From the human T2T-CHM13v2.0 reference genome, Homo sapiens, in NCBI RefSeq assembly GCF_009914755.1, contig NC_060935.1: a stretch of 64,000 nucleotides of DNA; one strand, 5' to 3'. A program made the position numbers and the translations under genes. Under the pieces are notes generated by a model, which worked only from the letters and a program-made list of their open reading frames with translations, made no database searches and was not told where the DNA came from. Below are positions 18,801 through 32,764 of the stretch, piece by piece; position 1 is the stretch's first letter, and each line of letters opens with the position of its first letter.

Positions 18801-19754
18801 TTACCAGAATATTTTTTCTTTCCTGATTTAAAAAGTAATTTTCATGTGTCTTCCTTGTACTCAAATGCCAGCTATTAAGTAAAAAATTGCATTCATGAGA
18901 AATTATTAAGTGTTGTTAAAATAATGTTATCTGTGAAATTTCTTTAGATGACAGTGTCTTGTTGCTTTGTATGTTATAGATACAATGTTGGATGAAAAAT
19001 GAATCCAACATTAATTTCAGAAAACTCTTAAATTAGATAAATAGGCATTATTTTCAGACAGTAGTGTAATTGCTTTGTTGCATAGGTGTTGATGGGGTGA
19101 GGAGGCATACAGGCAATGAATGGTTAGTACCTCCTTTCTGGGTCCAGTCATATTTGACCTTTCTTAGATCTCACTCTGTGGCAGACTTCTGAAGCCAGGT
19201 AGATAAGGAAGTCTAATAGTAAAAACTCTCCATTTTTCTTCTCACCTCACAACTCTTTTGGATTCCTTTAGAGAACACATGGGAAGAGTGAGTAAGAATT
19301 TCTGTGTACCCCAGTCTCTTCTCTTGCCTTTGTTTCCATCCTGATATGCTGATACATGTATGTAAGTCCAAATGCATATACCTAGGTTCAAGACCTCATG
19401 AGAGAAACTCTCTCCGGCCATTATGGAGGGAATATAAAGAGGGAATTCTTTCCTCCCCCTCAAATTCAGTAGACTCAGAACAATGTTAAAACGTTAACTT
19501 TTCTCTGCTTCTCATCCTGGACTTGTGATTGCCAAAGGGATAATTAGCTCCGTCAAGGAATCAAATTAGAAGTCCTTTAGTCAGAACAGCCCAATATGTC
19601 TTAAGTCATAAAACTAATCCCCCTTGTTGTCACAGGATACTATTACATCTTTTTAAAAACTATTCTCTTTTTTCTTATTTTGCTTATAATAGCTACTCTA
19701 TCAAGGATCCCATTTGCCAGATACAGTGCTAAATGCGTTAAACAATTGAGATGT

Positions 19755-20115
19755 GCTGTAGGTTCAGTTGTGTTCCCCGCAAATTTGTATGTTGAAGTCC
19801 TAATTGCCAGTACCTCAGAATGTACCTGTATTTGGAAATAGGGTTGTTAAAAGAGGCAAATAAGGTAAAATGAGATGATATAGTTGACTGCTAATCAACA
19901 TGATTGGTGTTCTCTAAGAAAAGGGGATTAGGATACAGATGCACAGAGGAGTGACTATGTGAAGACACCCGAGGAAGAGGCCTCAGAAGAATCCAAACCT
20001 GCCAACACCTTGATCTTGGACTTCTAGCTTCCAGAACTGTAAGAAAATAAATTTCTGTTGTTTAAGCCACCCAGTCATTGGTACTTTGTTGTGGCAGCCT
20101 TAGCCAAGTAATACA
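19755..20115 (+). mobile_element. MLT1-type MaLR solo LTR
   Basis: tg...gttgaagtcctaa...cagtacctcagaatg...aataaatttctgttgtttaagccaccc...taataca. Confidence 0.85.
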
Positions 20116-20793
20116 AACTGCCGTTAATAGATACTTTAAAGCACATCGGCTCTGATCCTTTCAGCAATTTTGCAAAGTAAGATTTGAACACAGATCTGCC
20201 TGGCTCCTTAGCTTGTGCTTTTTTAACAAACTGTCCTAATAAGCTATACTTACATTTTTAAAAGTTAACATGGGCTGCCATCTAGTATAACTGTAGCAAC
20301 TTATGATTTTTATCTATTTATAAAAGAGTTACCTTATTTGGCTTTATTCAGCTAGTCAGTTTAAAGACGTCTGTGTTTTTCACATTCAGTAAAAATAATG
20401 CAAAAAATATAACTAAACATAGTGTAATTTATACTTTATCTGCTTGCAAACTTCTCAAATGGACCTGGATTTGAGATTAGGGTTTTAGTCTCTTATCTTT
20501 TTTGCCCTCTTAATGATGATAATCAGTGTCCTAGCAGGTGCTCATTATGTTGAGCAGACAGATGAATGTCAGATGCTTTGTTAGGTTTTTTATTGCCTTC
20601 CATAATCCTTAAAACTGTAGGAAACATGTTATCTCTTTTTTATAATACAAATGTGGAAATTGAGGCCCAGTGAAACCATGTAATTTGCTAGAGATAACAA
20701 GTGGTAGAGTGTGAATTGTATACAGTCCAGGTGGAAGTGGCTCCAGAACATTTACATTTTTTTTTTTAAATCTCTTGCTAAACCATACTTCAG

Positions 20794-21096
<303 letters not shown>

Positions 21097-21473
21097 TAGT
21101 TTACTACATTCTTAACTTGTGTTTGGATCTCTTTCTTCCCTGTCTTAACCTAAATGGGAGGAATTGTATGATTATTAGTTAGGCTTCTCCTTTGTTTCCC
21201 ACATCTTTTCTTAAAAGAGCTCAAGTACCAGAGCTGAATAGTTTGCTCTTCTCAACACTAGCAACCTAAGAGACTCATTGCTTGTTGACTGCCATTCCAT
21301 AAGTCAAAGGACAACGAATGGTCAGCTTTAAAGACACACCTAAATTTTTTCTAGAGGTGTAACATTTCAATGAGTATCCCCTACTATATGTAAAAGAAAC
21401 CTATCAGTAGATAGTAGCAGTTCTTTCAACCCTTTTAGGTGCTCTGAAAAAATTAAAAGTAGAACTGAGATGC

Positions 21474-21688
21474 TGGCGGGACACAGTGGCTCACGCCTGT
21501 AATCCCAACACTTCGAGAGGTCGAGGCAGGCTGATCACTTGAGGTCAGGAGTTCAAGACCAGCCTGGCCAATGTGGTGAAACCCCATCTCTACTAAAAAT
21601 ACAAAAATTAGCTGGGCGTGGTGGCGGGCGCCTGTAATCCCAGCTACTCCGGAGGCTGAAGCAGGAGAATTGTTTGAACGTGGGAGGC
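21474..21688 (+). mobile_element. 3'-truncated Alu (S-type)
   Basis: Stops at ...gggaggca in the right arm, no tail. Confidence 0.9.
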
Positions 21689-21699
21689 AACAACAAAAC

Positions 21700-21797
21700 A
21701 GAAGTAAGATGCTATTTGCTATTTTCACTGTGCTGACATTTGCAGTGATTGGTGCAGACACAATGGTGGTCAGTGGACCAGCATTTAAGAACCACTG
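21700..21797. mobile_element. hAT-Charlie fragment
   Basis: ctgacatttgcagtgattggtgcagacacaatggtgg resembles Charlie transposase (ICTDGA-like); TIR-like ttaagaaccactg. Confidence 0.5.
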
Positions 21798-24495
21798 GTG
21801 TGTGGTAAAACCATTAGACTGATTAAAAAAACAAAAAATGAATCTAAGAAGCATTGTATTAAGGGAGAATACTTAGTCTTATCTGTTAGGTTTTCTTCAA
21901 CATAGAAGGAACTCTTTTTTCCCTTGCGCTTATCGTCTTGGTGCTTTTGGGAGAGAAGCATGGATATGCCCAGTAGCTCAATCCCTTCTTTCTTCTTTCT
22001 CTTTGGGAGGCAGCTTGTCTGAAGAGAGCATACTCTGTCCTTCTGTGATGTTGGCGTCACAGGGGCCAGTGACTGGTAAAGTTTGTTTCCTTCTAGCATT
22101 CATATTAGGAAATCTACACGAAAGCATCATCCTTCAGATCTTTTATCAATGATAAACATGATGTTTTCATTGTCACGTGATGACTCCTTTTATTGGTTCT
22201 AAACTTGCCTAAAAGGGATGTTATTTATTGAGCCCCACAAGTCCATAATAGATTCTTTTGCCTACTTGGTCCATTGGGATATGCGTGATTATTCAGGGGA
22301 AGAAGATTTAGATAGCTTAGTAGAAATGGAAAGACTATGGTAATAATTGATTATTGTGTTAGGTCCTGTTATCTTTCTGGTATGGTGTCCAGATAGGCTT
22401 TAACCATCGAGTCCTTGGAGCTTTTAAGCCTTAGCAGCTCTGATAATGAAAGGTAATAGGTAAAGAGCCCTGAATTTCAAATCCAAAGACTTTGCCTCTA
22501 AGTCTAATTCTGCCGTTTAATGAGGTCTTCGGCAAGCCCTTTACAACTGTTTCTGGTCCTCAGCTTTTCTGTGAGGGTGAATTTCTGTCCTGCTTATTCC
22601 TCACAGGGCTGTAGTAGGGTCTAATGTAGAGCTGCACATGACTTCTGTGTTCTTCATTAGTGGGCTCTGCTAAAGACGGTGTCATAGGTCTGATTCCCAA
22701 GTAGCAAGCATCCTGTTTCATATCAGACCTGGATAGACTGAGTCATAGCATTGTGTTCCAATCAGTTTTTTTTTTTTTGTTTTGTTTTGTTTTAAGGCAG
22801 GTAAATACTTTAGAATAGATATTTGTTGTAAAAGTTTCAAACAATCAGTATATAAGGTAAAATGTTTGAATCCCCTTTAATTTCTCCCCACTAGTACTTT
22901 CAGTCCCCTCCCTGGTAGTAATCACTGTTAAATTTGGTATGTATTCACTGTGTGGGGGTGTGTATATACACACATGCCTACATACATATGGTTATAGAAA
23001 TGTTCTTAAGGTTGCTTTTTCACTCAGTAGTAGGTCTTGAATATCTTTATTTTTCCATGACAGCAAGCAAATACCGAATTATTTTTCTGTAAATATAGAA
23101 GTCATAATTTCAGCTTCAAAGCTACATGGACACTAAGATATTTTCTCTGTCCTATTTGATAATATAAAATCTCCTTATAGTATTTCTGACAAGTACATGT
23201 ACAACCTCTGTTTCAGACAGAATTCATTACTTAAAGTATCCATTTTTGAGGCTATTTTGGTTGTTAGAGTAGTTCGTAGTATAGCACAATTCAGGATATT
23301 GGAAAATCTTTTACACACACAGGTGAAAAAACAGGATCAGGTCTAGAGATTAGTGATAGGTTTGGCAAAGTAAAGGCACAGAGGTGCAAAAGAGCAAGCA
23401 TTGTCAGAGAACAGGGAGTTGTCCTATGAATTAAAACATACTACTCTTGTTTTACTGAGGCTTGGAGATATTTTAATCCAAAGTAGGAAATAAGTACCAT
23501 AAGAGAGGTTCAGATAAAGTGCTATGGGGACTTTTTTTAAAAGAATTTCAGATGAAATAGCATCTCAATTGGGTATTGATTAAATAGGGTTAAAATATGC
23601 AAAGTTGGAGAATGGAGTTATAGGGAAGTATTTTCCAGGAAGAGGGAAAAACGAAGAAAGACAAAAATGCCTGAATCATTTTTGCAAAAAGTAGTTGTAG
23701 GGTCGATGAAGGTGAATAATGGGAAACAAGGTTGGGAAGATAGGATGGGGACCACGCTTAAGAGGACTACAAATTATGGGTTTTGCTATCTAGACTTCTT
23801 TCTTTAGGTAAAGAAGAGCTGTAGGTTTTTAAGCAGAGGAGTTATATGATTTTAGGTATTATTCACAAAGAACAATGTAGTGGCAGAATTGGATTTCCAT
23901 ATAAAAGGGGTTTGGGAAGGCAAGTTGTTTAGGCTTGAAGCCACATTCATAAAGCACCATTAGTATTTTGTTGAAGATTTTTGCATCTGTATTTGTAACG
24001 GATATTGGTTTCTAGTTTTTTGTGGTATGTTTGTCTAGATTTGGTATCAGGGTAATACTGGTCTCATAGAATGAGTTAGGAAGTGTTCCTTATCAGCTGA
24101 TTTTTTTCCTTTTATATACCCTTGGGTGCAGAGAACTGGAGGTTCCTGGAAATTCCATTCCTGATCCCACAGCAGAGAAACAGGATAGAACAACATGTCC
24201 TGAGAGACCTTTTGATACATGCCTTCCTCTCAACTTTTTGAAGCAGCAGCACTAGCAGCAGAGAACAAGGAATAGAAGAAAAATAGAAAACGAACAGGTT
24301 TGAAGCGTGGTAAAAGTTCTGTGTAAAAGAGGTGGCACTTTACCTGGTTCTTAAAAAATTTTTTTTAAAGTGATTATGATTAATGTTTTAATAGAAAGGG
24401 GAAAAGTCTTTGAGTAGCTGGGAGGTGATAAATCTAGATATTTTTGCACAGAAAGGCCATCTTTTCCTGAGATGAGAAGGAAGAGGGTTAGGATG

Positions 24496-25824
24496 TGAAA
24501 CAGGAAAAGTTCCCTTGTCCCCCTTGCAGAGCATGCGATGAGGGTGACTCGCTTCTTCAGTGCCCCGCTGCTCAAACCTCTAGGGGAGCATACCAATGGG
24601 CAGGCTGTAGGGCTCTGACCCTATGGCAGGGTCTAGGGGTGAATTTTTACAGCTGAAGCCCCAGTGGTCATGTGTTACAGGGTGCTCTTTTAGTTTAGCT
24701 GTCCGTAGGTGGCTCGTGTTAGCTCAGACCCCTGCCTTATCTCAAGGACAGAGGGCTTTCTGTATCCCAGGGTTCTTGCCTTGGTGTACCAGAAGAACTG
24801 AATCACACATGGGCTTGGAGAATGAGTGTAAGCTTTTGAGTGGAAGTAACTCTCAGCAGATGAGGGAGCCAGAAGGGAGATGGTTTTCCCCTGGAGTCTG
24901 GCCGCTCGGCGGTCCGGGCTCTCCTTCAACTGCCCCAGCCAAACTCTCCACCTCATTCCGCTGGTTGATGGCCTGCTGGTGTGCTGGCGTGCTCCCCTCA
25001 ATGTCCTCTTGACGTCCAGCTGCTTGTGTGTTCCTCTGCTCATGTGCCCCCTCTCGACATCCAGCTGCCTGTTTGTCTGCCTGTGGCGGGATTGATAAGG
25101 AATCAGAGAGACCGATGGGGTTGAGGAGGATATTCATTATTTAGATGCATTGGCCTAGTCGGATTAACATCCAAAGGACTGAGCCCTGAACAAAGAGTTA
25201 AGTTACCTTTTAAGCATTTCTTGGGGTGGGGGGAGATCTCTTCAGGGGGAAGCATATTACAGAAGCGAGAAACAAAGACAGTTATTTAATTAATTGAGAC
25301 ATGCATTACATCATTTATTACTTTTCAAGGAAAAACATGTTTTATGACTTGAGTTTATCTGTCTATTGACCTTGCAGCTGCACAGCCAGAGAAACAGGGT
25401 CTTCACAATGCCTGGGAAAGGAGGAGAGATAAGGCTCACTAGCCACAGAAAAACAGGCAGTTAATTTTTAAAGGACTCCAGCTCTTTCTCTTTGTCTTTC
25501 TCAGGGGGAACTGGGTTTTCTTACATACAACTGAGTTTCTGCTTACACATTCCTTCATTTCTTTTAATTCCTGTTCCATGCCTGCTAGGGTCTCAGGGTT
25601 TTTATAGGCACAGGATGGGGCTGTGGCAGGCCAGGGTGGTCTTGGGAAATGCAACATTTGGGGAGGAAAACAAAAATGCCTGTCCTCACCTAGGTCCGTG
25701 GGGTTGGAACCCTAGCCAGGGACTGCGCCCTCTTCTACCCAGCACTTCCCTTCCCCACTTCCATATCATTTGAAGGGACCAAGCCCTTCCCTTTCCAGCA
25801 CTTCCCTGGCCCCCTTCCGTATCA
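24496..25824 (-). mobile_element. ERV1 solo LTR (LTR1/MER52-group-like) hosting a nested LTR
   Basis: TG...CA termini; 4-bp TSD GATG (24492-24495, 25825-25828); minus strand starts TGATACGGAAG. Confidence 0.85.
25082..25578 (-). mobile_element. Nested ERV1 solo LTR (LTR15-like)
   Basis: TG...CA termini; 4-bp TSD TGCC (25078-25081, 25579-25582); host sequence resumes across the insertion. Confidence 0.8.
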
Positions 25825-27150
25825 GATGGATGGGTATAGCTGCAGGAAAAGAGAAGGAAGCTGAGTTCTTTATGTTCACAATAGAAATCTTCCAGGTCTT
25901 AATCTTAGATTTCCAACTTGTCTTCCTCTTTTTTGTGAGGTTGTCAGCTGCTTATATCCGGAGATGTCTGTTAAATTGGGTTCTAACCTCTACTACAAGC
26001 CCACTAATCTGTATGATCACACAATAGCAGAGTAGGCATAAAATGTTTGTATTTATCAAATGTTTCATTTTAGTATGCATTATTTCTTCAGAAGTTGTTG
26101 GTTTCTCTGCACTCTCATACACAACATTTGCAAGGATCAAAAATAAACATTTATTTGAAGCATTTTCAGAGGATATAATGAAAACTGGTTTTGGCTATAA
26201 ACATTTAATGAAAATGTAGATTGTATATACCATATATTGATTCCTTGCATAGAACAGAAATTTAGTTTTCCTATGAAATTAAATGCAATGAACCCATATG
26301 CAAAAGAAGCTTGATTCTGCTTTATAAAGTTCTAAATCAGGCAATACTAATCTATGGTGTTAAAAGTCAGTTGTTATCTAACAACTAGGGAAGAATGGTT
26401 GGGAATACCAGGGGCACTTCTGGAGTGCTGGTAATGTTCTAGTCTTTGACCTAAGCGGGAGTTAGATAGGTTTGTTCACTTTGTGATGATTCATTGTGCT
26501 ATGTACTTTAAAAAAAAAAACTTTTAAAGTTGACAAAACTTTATTACATATTGTATAATATGTTTTGACATATGTATACCCTGTGGAATGGCTAAATGAA
26601 GAAAATTAACATACGCATTACCTCATTTTCTTTTGTGGTCAGAATACTTAAAATCTACTCTCAACAGTTTTCAAGTCTACATCATATTGTTGTTAACTAT
26701 AGTCAGCATGATATTCAGTAGATCTCTTGAATGTAATCTTCCTGTCTAACTGAAACTTTATATCCTTTGATGAACTCCCAGTCCCCAGAGCCTCTGGTAA
26801 CCACCATTATAGTCTCTGCTTCTATGAGTTCAACTTTTTTAGATTCCCATATCATAAGTGAGATCATGCAGTATTTGTCTTTCTGTGCCTGGCTTATTTC
26901 ACTTAACATAATGCCCTCCAGGTTCATCCATGTTATCACAAATGACAGGGTTTCATTCTTTTCTAAGGCTAAATAGTTTTACATAGTGTATGTATACCAC
27001 ATTTTCTTTATATATTCATGAACATGGGAGTAGAGATATCTCTTCAACATGCTGATTTCAGATCTTTTAGGTAAATACCCATAAGTGGGACTGCTGGATA
27101 ATATGGTAGTTCTATTTTTAATTTTTTGAGGAATCTCCATACTATAGTTT

Positions 27151-27515
27151 TGTTCCATAGTGAGTAGGTAAAGCTGAGGAGCTGTGAGGCCAAAGAAAGA
27201 GGCTGACAAATCCAGTTTCTCAGAAAGAAAATAGGAACTTACAAATAGAAGCCATGTCTCCAGTGACTGTAAGATGGTGGATCCCTGTACTGTTAGCCCC
27301 TAGACCCAGGGCTTTTCTATCATAAGGAATTTGCCTAAGGGCAAGATTTATGGTAAGTATGTGTTTATGAGAGCATCAAGACTGTTTTGACCTAAGGACA
27401 GGATTTACAGAAAGTAAGTGAAAGTGGAAACCTTAGAGGCATTCCCGGAACTGGGGTTAATCAGAAGTCAACATGGTGGATTAGCATCCAATATGGAGTT
27501 GTTTTAACCACCACA
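27151..27515 (-). mobile_element. ERVL-class solo LTR (LTR47-like) nested in L1
   Basis: TG...CA termini; 5-bp TSD AGTTT (27146-27150, 27516-27520). Confidence 0.75.
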
Positions 27516-27539
27516 AGTTTCCCATAATGCCTATACTAA

Positions 27540-27939
<400 letters not shown>

Positions 27940-28803
27940 GATGATAGCCAATTTTAACAGTTGTGAGATATCATGATTTTAATTTGCATTTCCCTGATGA
28001 TTCGTGATTTGCATATTTTCATGTATCTGTTGACCGTTTGTATGTCCTCTTTTGAAAAATGGCTATTCAGATCCTTTGCCTGTATTTTTAATAGGGTTGT
28101 TTTCTTACTATTGCTTCAGATACTTATATATTTTTTAATATTAACCCCTCATCACATGTATGGTTTACATATATTATTTCCCATTCTGTAAGTTGTCTCA
28201 TTACTCTGTTGATTGAGGTGATAGGTTAGGTTGTTTATATCAGATTTTTCTTCTTTTTTCGACGTAGGCATTTATTGCTGTAAACTTTCCTTTTGGATCT
28301 GCTTTTGCTGCATACTGTAAGTTTTGGTATGTTGGGTTTCCACTTTTGTTTGTCTCAAGACATTTTTAAATATCCCCTTTAATTCTTTGACCCATTGGCT
28401 ATTCAGGTGCATCTGTTTAATTTCCATATCTTTCTGAATTTTCTAGAATTCCTTTTAGGTTTCTATTTATATAACATTGTGGTTTGAAAGGTACTTGATG
28501 TTATTTCAGTCTTTTAAATTTATAAAGACTTGTTTTGTGGTCAAATATATGATCTCTCCTGCAGTATGTTCTGTGTGTGCTTGAGAAGAATTTGTATCCT
28601 GCTGCTGTTAGTTGGAATGTTCTGTATATGTCTTTTAGCGCCATTTGGTTTGATGTACGTAGTTCAAGTTTAATATATCCTTACTGATACTCTGTCTGGA
28701 TGGTAAGTCCATTGTTGAAAGTGGGGTATTAACGTCCTCTTCAGCTGTGTTGCTATTTCTTCCTTCAGATCAGAAAGGAACGCGTTTTTTCTTTCTTTAC
28801 ATA

Positions 28804-29062
28804 CAGTTTGACCCTTGAACGATACGGGTTCGAACTGCGTGGGTCTGCTTATATACAGATTTTTGCAGTAAATACAATTCGCCCCCTGTATCAGCAGGTT
28901 TCACATCTGCAACCAAACCTATATAAAGAATATGGTATTCGTGGGATGTAAAATCTGTATCTGCAGAGTTCTGCAGGGCCAATTATGGGACTTGAATATG
29001 TATGTCTTCTGGTATCTGCCAGGGGCCTGGAACCCGTCCTTCAAGATACTGAGGTACGACTG
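28804..29062. mobile_element. TcMar-Tigger MITE (MER2/MER8-like)
   Basis: TA-flanked cagtttgacccttgaac ... gaggtacgactg termini. Confidence 0.8.
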
Positions 29063-29348
29063 TATTTAGGAGGTCTGACATTGGGAGCATATATATTTAC
29101 AATTGTTACATCCTCTTGCAAATTCACCCCTTTGTCATTTACTTACCTTGTCTCTTTTTGCAGTTTTTGAATTAAAGTCTATTCTATTTGATAAAACTAT
29201 AGTGTCTTCTGCACTCTTGGTTTCTGTTTTCATGGAATATCTTTTTTCCATCCCTTCTCTTTCAAACCATGTGTGTCCTTGTAGGCAGCATTTAGTTGGG
29301 TCTTGTTTTCCTTTACCCATTCAGCTGCTCTGTCTTTTCATGTGAGAA

Positions 29349-29759
29349 TGTGTGCATCTATTTTGTGTTGCTATGAAGGAATACCTAAGACTGAGTAATT
29401 TATACAGGAAAGAGATTTAATTGGCTCACAGTTCTGCAGGCTGTACAGGAAGCATGGTGCTGGCATCTACTCAGCTTCTGGTGAGGGCCTCATGGAGCTT
29501 TTACTCATGGCAGAAGGTGAAGTCAAATGTCACATGGTGAGAGGAAGCAAGAGAGGGGGGAAGTCCCACACTCTTTTAAATAACCAGATCTCTCATGAAC
29601 TCAGAACACGAACTCACTTGTCGCCAAGGGGATAATGCTAAGCCATCCATGAGGAATCCACCTCTGTGACTCAGACACCTCCCGTCAGGCTCTACCTTCA
29701 ATAACGGAGGTCACATTTCAACATGACATTTGGAGGGAACAAATACACAAACCATATCA
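29349..29759 (-). mobile_element. MST-type MaLR solo LTR nested in L1
   Basis: TG...CA termini; 5-bp TSD GAGAA; ttggctcacagttctgcaggctgtacaggaagcatgg motif. Confidence 0.88.
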
Positions 29760-30158
29760 GAGAATTTAACCCATTTACATTCAAGATTATTATTGATAAA
29801 TAAGGACTCACTACTGCAATTTTGTTCATTGTTTTCTAGTTGTTTGGCAGACCCTCTGTTTCTTCCTCTCTTGCTGTCTTCCTTTGTGATTAGATGATTT
29901 TCTCTAGTGGCAAGCTTTCATTCCTTACTGTTTACTTTTTGTGCATCTACTCTTGGCTTTTAGTTTGTGGTTACCATGAGGCTTATATAAAACATCTTAT
30001 AACAGGATATTTCAGACTAATAATTTTCATTGCATTAAAAAAAACTGTATACTTTTACTCCATGCTCCCCATTTTGTTTTTGATGTCACAATTTATATTT
30101 TTATATCATATATCCATTAACAAATTATTATAGCTATTATTATTTTTTAAAGTTGTGC

Positions 30159-30504
<346 letters not shown>

Positions 30505-32354
30505 TGATTTGCAAACCACCATTATGGTATTAGAGTATTCTGGAGTTGACTGTGTACTTACTTTTTAACCAGTGAATTTCATATTCATGTTTTCCTGTTA
30601 ATAATTAGCATCCTTTTCTTTCAGCTGGAAGAATTCCCTTAACATTTCTTATAAGGCAGGTTTAGCGGAGATGAACCCCCACAGCTTTTGTCTGAGAGTC
30701 TTTATCTCTCCTTCATTTCTGAAGTAGGGCATTGCAAGGTAAGTGCATATTCTGCTTCTCTTTGTTTCTAGGGGGCCAAAGCTCTGTATTAATAATAGCC
30801 TTAATGTAGTGGTTTTCTCAAATGCTGGTTGTTTTTTAGGTTGTAGTAATGGTGTACTGTGTGTGTGAGCGGGTTCACTTTATCCTACAGAGATGGGAAG
30901 GTGGAGGTGTTGGGAGGCTTATCTCGTTCTCCAGAGCTGTGTGCTTCAGTCAGCAGGAATTACATTGGGTTGTGCAGTTCACTCTACGGGCCAGTAGGTG
31001 GAGCTTGCAGGAAAGAGGCGGCCAAGCACTGTCCAGTGGTGTCAGTAGAAGTGATGGGCCCTGGAGGTTGACCTCCCAGCCAGTAGCTGGCACTTGCAGG
31101 CGCCCGGTAGTTGAGATGGTGTAAAATTTTTACTTCGCCTTTGTTAATCAGGAGAGGTATCAGAATTCTTGGGCAATGAGTGGGCCCATGGGGTTCCCAG
31201 TGGTCCCCATCCCGGCTCTGCTGCCAAGGTGGCTGGCAAGGGTCTAGGGTCAGCTTCCAGGCCACTGGGGCAATCTTCCAGAGAGGCCGGGAGGTGCCTC
31301 TCCTGTGCTACAGAGCCCATTCAGGGGAATTGGGACAGCCCAGGGTTTTCACTGTACCACATTGCAGTGGGACCCACCCAGCTCCCACACCCCTGAGCTG
31401 GTAGGTCTCCAGTATCTAGCTGTCAGCAGCAGAACAGAATGGTTATGCTAGTCCCAAGCCAACTGCATTCAAATTGCCTAGCCACAGGCCATGTGACTCC
31501 TTGGGGGCAGAAACCATTGTTATTAGGCCGTACCCTTTCTGTTTTAGTCTTATGGAGGGCGGGCCACCATGCTTCCCTGCCACTGCGTGAACCCACACCA
31601 TGCTCTTTGTGGTTCTGACAGTGGGGGCTCCTACCCTGCTTGAGATCAGATCATAAATCTCCATGCTCCTGGATGGTGTGCTTGAGTCCTGGGGAACAAG
31701 TACCAAGTCAGCAGACTTGTCCACTGGCCCCTTGGGCTCAAGTAACAGCTGTGATAGGGAGGAGCAAATTGCCCCCAGGCTGCCAACAAAACACTCAGAT
31801 GGGGCAATGGTGGCTACACTGTGGGGTCAGGTTCCCCCTGTCTCCTCCCTCCCCAACAAGCCATGGGAATGGCCAGGCAGGCAGTCTTGGGAGGGATGAG
31901 CAGGCATGGGGCATGCTCAGATGTAGCCTGTCTTTGTGGCATATAAGAGTGAGAGTGCCTGGGCCGTGCTCATTCCCTGGCCTGGCAGACAGCAGCAGCT
32001 GCAGCAGCTTATGGCATGACATAGAGTCTTGGGGGTTGGTGCCCAGAGTCACGCTTTGCTTAAGTTGTCCAGCACATAGAAGCCTTTGGGGTTCTATATG
32101 AGTTCAAGTGACCTGTGTGTGTGTGGTCTCCACGTAGTTCCCTAGCTCCCTCTGCCAGTCTAAAGGTCTGTGAGGTCATGGAACTCTTCTGTAGCTAAGA
32201 TCTCAGAGGCCTGTGGCAGGAATGTGGTACCCCACAGTTCCTTCACTCACCCTTTCCTTGGGTCCTGGTCTGGGGCCAGTCCTGGCACTTGGTGATGCCA
32301 AGCACGCAGTCCTATTACTTCCCTCTTTAACCAGTGTCTCCCATCTTCTATTGA

Positions 32355-32674
<320 letters not shown>

Positions 32675-32764
32675 TAAAAGATCTGTTCATGTGATTTACT
32701 CAATATTTTGGTTCCTCTTTGTGGAAGAGGCACATCCTAGCTGCATCTAGTCAGCCATGTTGAA

